Source: Eledone cirrhosa
Taxonomy: Eukaryota
Length of the DNA: 64,000 nucleotides
Reading direction: 5' to 3'
Assembly: GCA_964016885.1 (NCBI GenBank)
Contig: OZ024741.1
Span: forward strand, 319,424,001 to 319,488,000
In this document: in pieces, positions 55,481 through 64,000 of the stretch
Layout: each line of letters begins with the position of its first letter
How positions within the stretch are numbered: the first letter of the stretch is position 1
The notes under the pieces: generated by a model
Database searches by the model: none
Seen by the model: the letters and a program-made list of their open reading frames with translations, nothing else
Told to the model about the DNA's origin: nothing
Translations under genes and position numbers: made by a program

Positions 55481-56647
55481 AACTTCTACTAACCTCAAGA
55501 TGAAACTGGCTCCAAAGAAGGTTTTCTACAATTCATTAATCCCATGCTGCAACCCAGCTACAATATAAGACAGAAGTACAACATTCCAGTGTGATACATT
55601 AATATCATTAAATATCCCACATCGAAGCAACATGATACTGAATACAGCATACAGATTATGAAAAGTTCAGACTGCAAAGAGGCACAAAACAACGGGACAT
55701 TTCACCTAAGATATATACTGCGACACCGTAAAGTAAAAGATGTAGTGGGGAAAATTGAGGTATCGTAATAATTGGCAAATGTCTATTCCACCTTATCTTC
55801 ACCAATGGCATAGTGGTGATCACAGAACCGACCTTAGATATGTAGGAGATGCTAGAGAATATCCATGAAAAACCAAAGTCGTAGATCTCAACACGAAACT
55901 AGGAAAAACTGAAATCATGTTCAATTCCTGTGCAAATAAAACGAATACCAACTTCAGCAACAACAGGAGGTGGATTGAAGGAGTTGACTCCTAGGTTTTC
56001 CTAAGAAAGTTGGTGATAAAAGAATGTAATCAAGATTTGGAGATGCGATGCAGAAATGGTAATGGTTAAGCTACATTCAATAAGTTTGGCTCCATTATAA
56101 GAAACAGATGCGTAAATGAAAAGGTAAGCACGCAATGAGGGCATTCTTGCAGACCTCATGTGTGCGAAACTTAGTTGCTAGAATAAGCAGTCTATTTCAG
56201 CCTAATTTGTACTAAACTATAATAAACTACTAGTATTTTGTACATATATACAGAGCAATTAATTTGTAAGTAAATATACTAATTTCAAGATAGTAACAAA
56301 GCCTATAATACGTTAGCAACCTAAAGAAACCTCAAGAACCGACGCAAACAATAGATCTTAGTAATAGTATCAATCATCAATTATCGATTTTGTTAATAAG
56401 CATCTTAAGATCGAGATTTCATTCATCAGTATAGTTAGGCCTTTTATATATATCTCACTCTACGCAAAATACAAGTTACCTCCAAAAGGAAGAAATTGAA
56501 ATGTTGTCCACATCGTGTTGAAATAACGTTTAACAGAAAGACAGATATTACAGGACAGGCCATAAGAATTGCAAAAATTAGATCCGAATAGGTTCCATTA
56601 AGACAACTCAATTAAAAAGATTATGAGTAGAAATATACTACATTTAG

Positions 56648-57450
<803 letters not shown>

Positions 57451-57795
57451 TATATATATATATATATTGGATAATGTGTGAGATCCTTGGTACAGTTAGG
57501 TATATTTGAAAAAAAAGGAAAAGAATGACTTCACTTGTAGGGCTAAATAATTTGATTTAATTTTATAATATAATATTATGAGTTGGTAGATCTAGTAAGT
57601 TCTTTGTTAACTTCGGTGGGAAGAATTTTAAAGATTCCTGGTTAACTTTCTTGGAGAACTTTCTCGCATTCGTCAGTGGCGATTGTCAAACTAAGACCAG
57701 GTTGTGTTGTGATGTGTGACTCTATATATAAGAGAGATTTGGATGTGTCTGGGGTGTGGTGTTAATGAGTGTTGATGAAGATTAAAAAAAATTAA

Positions 57796-57908
<113 letters not shown>

Positions 57909-58089
57909 AAAATGGTGAAGGTTAACCATCAAGATGTTTAAGAAAGCGGTTGTAAAAAATCCCCTCCTGCTGGTTTTATTTCAATAGATGGCCTTTGATG
58001 ACTATAATGGCAGGATGTTTTTCAAATTCGTTTCTTATAGCTGAATCAACTCTCTTAAATTTATAAAGAATATCTTCGACAAATTTGTG

Positions 58090-58145
<56 letters not shown>

Positions 58146-58149
<4 letters not shown>

Positions 58150-58642
58150 GACGTAAAATAAGAAAATTATAAAAATTAACTTACTGGCTACTGTCTTTTT
58201 AACACCCCACTCCTCACTGTTTAACCTCGATGTCACGTGAATGATTCTTTTGAATTTGCCACCGACCAAGTAGGCAGTGATTTTTTCAATGTCTTGGAAT
58301 TTAGTCCACGCTTGCTTTTTTCCATCCACTGAATTATTTTTGTATAAGTTCCCTGTGTCCACGCATCGCCTGGGATCTTAGCTGAGAATGACTTCCTGAT
58401 GACGAAATGGTTTCTCCATGCTTTCCATTAGGAAACCATGTTTATTTCCTTTCAGAAACTAATTAGTTGGAGTGAAATTTTAGTAAGTAAGTTAAATTTT
58501 ATAATTTTCTTATTTTACGTCTTTCATATAATTGTTCTGCATCCCCTTGCATTGAACCACAAAGTTACTAAGACAAAACCTATATATTTGCTAGCATAGG
58601 TATGCATCTGTATATATATGTTGGTAGATATACTAATTCTTT
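58146..58642 (+). mobile_element. PLE 3'-end mini-element with short inverted head; family of 61281
   Basis: Head GAAAGACGTAAAATAAGAAAATTATA inverted at ~58500-58526; body homologous to 61440-61772. Confidence 0.7.
58391..58473 (+). ncRNA. Type I hammerhead ribozyme
   Basis: ACTTC-CTGATGA-CGAAA..TTTCA-GAAA-CTAATTAG-TT-GGAGT. Confidence 0.7.
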
Positions 58643-59242
58643 ATATATATATATATAAATATATAGTTATTTTGAAAAAAATAGTTACCAAACTATGTAA
58701 CAAAGAAACGGAATAAAAATATCATATGAATGTCGATGAAAAAACACTGGCAACAAACACGCCTTCAGATTAATGTGATGGTAAGGAGGCGGCGAAGAAG
58801 AAGAGGAGTAGCGAAATAGCCAATGAAGAATACATTTCATATAATAACTGTCATGGAGTCATTGATTGACAGCATTGTAATGTTTACGATGTATTTAGAA
58901 AGTTAAATATTGAAACGATCTGATTTGGACAGGATGGATTTTAAAAAATGTAACTGTAGAATGTTTTGAAGAATTACCGCAGAATATTTCAAGAAATGTA
59001 ATGCATTAATTATTAAATAGAAAAAAATATAATACGAAATATACGGAATTATTTGTGGTTCTAGAAAAGATCCAAGTCAATGGGATATAAATCTTCTTAA
59101 ACCGAACATAGAAACGAATTATTATTCCCATGAACACAGACATTGAATTGCAAAAAAATATATGCCGAGGTAATCTGTTCCATGTTTAAAGATATTACTT
59201 TCAAGAAGTGATTTATAGTAAAAGAGTTTAAATAGGACTAAA

Positions 59243-59360
<118 letters not shown>

Positions 59361-59413
59361 CGAAGAAGCTCTGCCGTCGGGGTCACATATTTTCCTTTAT
59401 ATATATATGTATG

Positions 59414-59529
<116 letters not shown>

Positions 59530-59554
59530 GGGAGAAAGAGACGATTATTAGGAA

Positions 59555-59590
<36 letters not shown>

Positions 59591-59959
59591 CGGTTACCCC
59601 CGATTGAACCCAAGAGACACACACACGCATATATGTATATATTAAAATTCAACTGACAATTCTGTATCAAAATGATGGGAAATATGTTCGTGTATAATAA
59701 ACTATAGATTTATATCATCTCAGACTACAGAGAAAGATATTGTAACTAAACCGTTCTTTTCTGTTGTTTCCACAAATACCTGAAGCCAACGTTCTATCTT
59801 CTTACAGTGTTATCTGTCTGACTTGCACTAATCTTTATCACACATATAACCAACATATGCAAGTTAATTGAAACAAACTTTAAAAATAAAGAAAAGTCAG
59901 TTTCTCTCAAATCTTTGATATGAATAATATTCATATACTCATATTAGTACATGCTATGG

Positions 59960-60480
59960 CGTCCTCAACTCCCGAGAAACATTTTCATGCATTTTGGCAT
60001 CGAATACATTAATTTTGAATAGTATTGGATGATATCTTGGGTCCCTGTACGATACTTTAATTAGGGCCTTAATCAGTTTCATCATCGTTGTGCAGTACAT
60101 TCCACGATATCGTGGCTTGCACATAGACCCTGAATTTTCAATGAAGTTTAACTCAGGAGAGTTTCCAGGCCACTTTACTATGCTTATTTGATTCTCTTAA
60201 AACCATTTCTTCCCTTGTTTCAATGTGTGATACGAATACAGAGCTTTCTTATGAAAACCACATCCGTTGGGAAACAACCTATTCAGTTCTAGAAAACCTT
60301 TTCGTCGGCGAACTTCATTATATTGTGGGTCAGCACACCATACCATCGACAGTGTGTAAGCTACCAATGTCATAATAGCTGAAGTATCTCCCAAACATTT
60401 TGTCTGGGTGTTTTGCGCTCAGTTTGATGTGGGTGTTATAGTGCTTTCTCTGACTCTCAACAAAGAAATGGCGTTCATCA
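59960..60480 (-). pseudogene. Decayed Tc1-family transposase
   Basis: Manual translation AKHPDKMF.G..FSYY and YHTLKQGKKWF*ENQISIVKWPGNSPELNFIEN (Tc1 WP.NSPDLNPIEN motif). Confidence 0.75.
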
Positions 60481-60673
60481 ATGATAAAGTCTGTTTCCAG
60501 TTTTCTTAAGCCTAGTTCTAGGATTTCAGTCCCATTTATAATATTTTGCTTTCATATTTTGCTTTGGTCAGGATTTGAGTAGATCTGAGTTTTGTTGTTT
60601 TCAAAGTTTGTTCCAACTAATTCGCACAAGTGTGTATCATATCTCTCCTTCTATCTAACTCTTGACGTTTCTG

Positions 60674-60710
<37 letters not shown>

Positions 60711-60717
60711 ATATATA

Positions 60718-60909
60718 GGAACGAGTAGGACCCCGACGGCTGAGCTCAAGCCGTTTCGACGGCTAATTCTGGAGTCCAGAATTAGCCGTCGAAACGGCTT
60801 GAGCTCAGCCGTCAGGGTCCTACTCGTTCCTATTACCCTCTCTACTACCCTAAGTATTGAGTACTTTGGTGCGTTATGGTCCATCTGGTTCCTTACCACA
60901 TTTCCTTCG

Positions 60910-60911
<2 letters not shown>
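60718..60911 (+). mobile_element. Palindromic PLE mini-element X'-X-Y (6821 family)
   Basis: Same arms and tail, centre ~60774. Confidence 0.8.
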
Positions 60912-60949
<38 letters not shown>

Positions 60950-61193
60950 TTTCGTATGCAGCCAAAGTGCAATTGAAGTGCACTCAAGCTATGAATTTTT
61001 CGGCTTGTCAAGACACTCCCTCAGTGTAAGGACAACATTTTCCGAACTGATCGGTATGAGTGAAATTTTTCGAAAGGGAAAATTATCACGTTGTATAACG
61101 GTCAACAGATAGGTAGATTGTTGGCGAGTAACAGAGTTGCTAGAAGAAGCAGTCTATTTCAGCCTAAATTCTACTCAACTATAAGGGAGTTAG

Positions 61194-61280
<87 letters not shown>

Positions 61281-61285
<5 letters not shown>

Positions 61286-61772
61286 CGTAAAATAAGAAAA
61301 TTATATTAATTTACTTACTTACTTAAATTTCACTCCAACTAATTAGTTTCTGAAAGGGGATATACATAGTCTTCAAATGGAGACCATGGAGAATCCTTTC
61401 TTCATCAGGGAGACATTCTCGGCTAAGATTCCTGGCAATACGCTTGCTTTTTTCCATCCACTGAATTATTTTTGTATGAGTTCCCTGTGTCCGCGTATTG
61501 CCAGGAATCTTAGCCGAGGATGTCTCCCCGATGAAGAAAGGATTCTCCATGGTCTCCATTTGAAGACTATGTATATCCCCTTTCAGAAACTAATTAGTTG
61601 GAGTGAAATTTAAGTAAGTAAGTTAATTACTATAATTTTCTTATTTTACGTCTTTTATATAATTGTTCTACATCTTCTTTGTATTGAGCCACAAAGTTAC
61701 TAAGACAAAACCTATATCTTTACTAGCGTAAGTATACATCTGTATAAATATGTCGGTAGATATACTAATTCT
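61281..61772 (+). mobile_element. Fold-back PLE mini-element with a hammerhead in each arm
   Basis: ~160-bp arms 61281-61443/61492-61655; hammerheads 61333-61412 (-, CTGATGA) and 61524-61603 (+, CCGATGA): CTCC..GAAAGG..CCTTTCA-GAAA-CTAATTAG-TT-GGAG. Confidence 0.75.
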
Positions 61773-61788
61773 TTATATATATATATGG

Positions 61789-62368
61789 GAAAAGTCCGTC
61801 ATCAGTAGTCTGCTGATTCTCATTGGTATTTCTTCGCATTAAAGACTAGATACCTAAAATCAGTGCCAACGATAACTAAATTAAGTTATCGGGACAGAGG
61901 AAAGTGAACAAACAACATGGTAGTAACGCAACGTAAAGAGAGGAAAAGAGAGACAAGTCAACGAATCTTGTGGGCTTAAGTCCGACAAATCAAATGACGA
62001 TACGCAACAACGCAGCACGCCATTTTTCATTCACATATATTTTCCCTTCGCTGTAGTTCGTATTTTTTCTGTTTCCTTACTGCTTTCCTCTTTCTCTCTC
62101 CCTCTTACCTCTTGCTTTCCTCCATCTCCGCTGCTGGTCACACTCTCCCAGCTGGCCCCTTTCTCACACTTTCACTCACTCACTCTCTGCTACTCCTCCT
62201 CTCTCACTTCCTCCCGTCTGACCTGCGTTAATTCTTTCCTCTCTCACTTTTTTCGTGGCTCGGACGTGTCTGTTTTCTTCTCGTCATTTGATTTGTCGGA
62301 CATAAGCCCACAATGAGAATCAGCAGACTACTGATGACGGACTTTTCCTGTTTCTCGGTCTATTTTTA

Positions 62369-62371
<3 letters not shown>
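61789..62371. mobile_element. Element with two inverted-repeat pairs between TA tracts
   Basis: 61789-61824/62312-62348 and 61969-62000/62281-62312 are reverse complements. Confidence 0.5.
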
Positions 62372-62430
<59 letters not shown>

Positions 62431-62949
62431 CAAGAAAACGAAAAATCAGTGATGCATCTGGACTTGGTTTATTTCGTGTTAACAAATGTTTCGCCGGCAT
62501 GTAGCTCGAGTCATGGTACTTGTATGGATCTGGCTGATTCTACTTCTGCGGGTTCTTTCAGACACGTCTGTTATGTCCGGAGCAAATTTTATCACTGGGG
62601 TGTTGTTATCAAAACAACCCCTCAAAAAACCTTCTTTCCACTCTTGTCATGCCATTGGCTGTTTTTACTCCACGTCATCACAAGTTCTGGTCAGTATCTG
62701 CTGCCACACGGTTCATCAACTATTTTCCGTCCGACATATTTCGATGGAGTCATGCTGGGTTCAGTATTTCACACGTCTGCTCACACTTCAGAGTAAGCAC
62801 CCACACATACTAGAATAATCACATAGTAACACACACATATATATACACTCAGACATACACCTATCTATGCATTCACACTCGTACGTCTACATGCTCAGAC
62901 ACCCACACCGCCACATACATACATACATCGCAGTATATATACTCACACA

Positions 62950-64000
62950 CCCTCGCGTATCCACCCTGTCGTCGAACGCAGAAGTGTTTAAACAGCACGC
63001 CGAATATTATAATGAGGCACTGCGCAGGGCCGGTTACAAAGACACCATAATATATACTCCAGATAGAGTAGAGCCTTACGATATGGCGTGCAGAAATGCC
63101 AATAGTGAGGGCGCCTCCCTAGGTAGAAGAATTGACCCGGTAGCAGTAGCCAGGAACACAAATAACAACACTACTAACTTTAATGACACAGGACCAACCA
63201 GAGATAAGACTAAGGCACCCATGGGAGCCAGACCACCCGATGTGCTGAGGCATAGGCATGGCACGCACACTGCATACTCGGTGGAAACTGGGACCTTGGA
63301 CAGAACTTCGACAAATAAAAACGGGGCACACGCCACGGAGCACGACCAGCCTGGTTCTAGTGCCACAGCACTGACAATAGCATCACATAGACCTAAGGGG
63401 AATAGACGTATAGATGACCACATAGAACGACGTAAATTTACAACGGTAGAACATAACCACGACGAACGTAGCAGGCTAATAGACAGGGACAACACACGAG
63501 ATCGAAATTGAGGTGGGGCAGAGCACTGGGCCGGCAACGAGCCCTAGACACAACAACATGAATCCACGCACACGAAGGAACAGATCTAAGGCCGTTACCT
63601 GGTTCAATGCGCCTTATTTTAAACATGTACGCACCAACGTGCCAGGACTTTTCTTCCGAGCACTGGATGAGTGCTTTCCGACGACAAATAAGTACCACAA
63701 AATCTTCAACCGCCACACGGTGAAATTTTCCTTCTCCACGGCGCCGAATATGGTCGACTACATGGCTAGAACTAACGCGGTGAAGATGGCGCACATTGGC
63801 CGTCAACCGCGCCGACAGAGTGACCATGTTTCGGAGCGCGGAGAACCACTTAGGGACCTGTCTTCAAATGATAACCCGGCCCCCGAGGCGACCAGAGTGC
63901 CCGTCGAGGGCGATATGGTCCAACACCGAGAGGGAAATAGTGGCATGGAGGGGGGGAACAAGTGTGGCGGCGGTGCAGCACACTGAGAACCTTGAGAGGG
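62950..64000 (+). mobile_element. 5'-truncated PLE copy 3 (thumb and linker; frameshifted; runs off the window)
   Basis: RVSTLSSNAEVFKQHAEYYNEALRRAGY and WFNAPYFKHVRTN..FP..NKYHKIFNRHTVKFSFSTAPN align to copies 1 and 2. Confidence 0.8.

Noticed and set aside
63509-63513. TGA inside PLE copy 3 as a possible selenocysteine codon
   Set aside because: The downstream homologous ORF is in a different frame and the site is not a conserved Cys, so a frameshift explains it

Overview
AT-rich, microsatellite-saturated animal genomic DNA with one 200-N assembly gap (25857-26056). The SINE families resemble those I know from octopus/cephalopods, so that host assignment is an inference. There is one clear host gene: a two-coding-exon gene (43317-44447 + 47351-47776, ~518 aa) joining a USP4/11/15-type DUSP-UBL module and a coiled coil to a KCTD-type BTB domain, with no USP catalytic domain. 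The rest is transposon-derived. It includes three 5'-truncated Penelope-like elements (PLEs) of probable Naiad type (14045-16.8k, 22562-25349, 62.95k-end), decayed Neptune-like PLEs, Tx1/L1, RTE and CRE LINE fragments, Chapaev3 and Tc1 remnants, hAT and Tigger MITEs, and many tRNA-SINEs. The most striking non-coding signal is about 20 type-I hammerhead ribozyme motifs found by eye. Most sit in short non-coding elements between (TA)n tracts that share a fold-back X'-X-Y architecture, and the inversion points often fall on ribozyme hairpins. Most ORFs in the supplied track are microsatellite artefacts.
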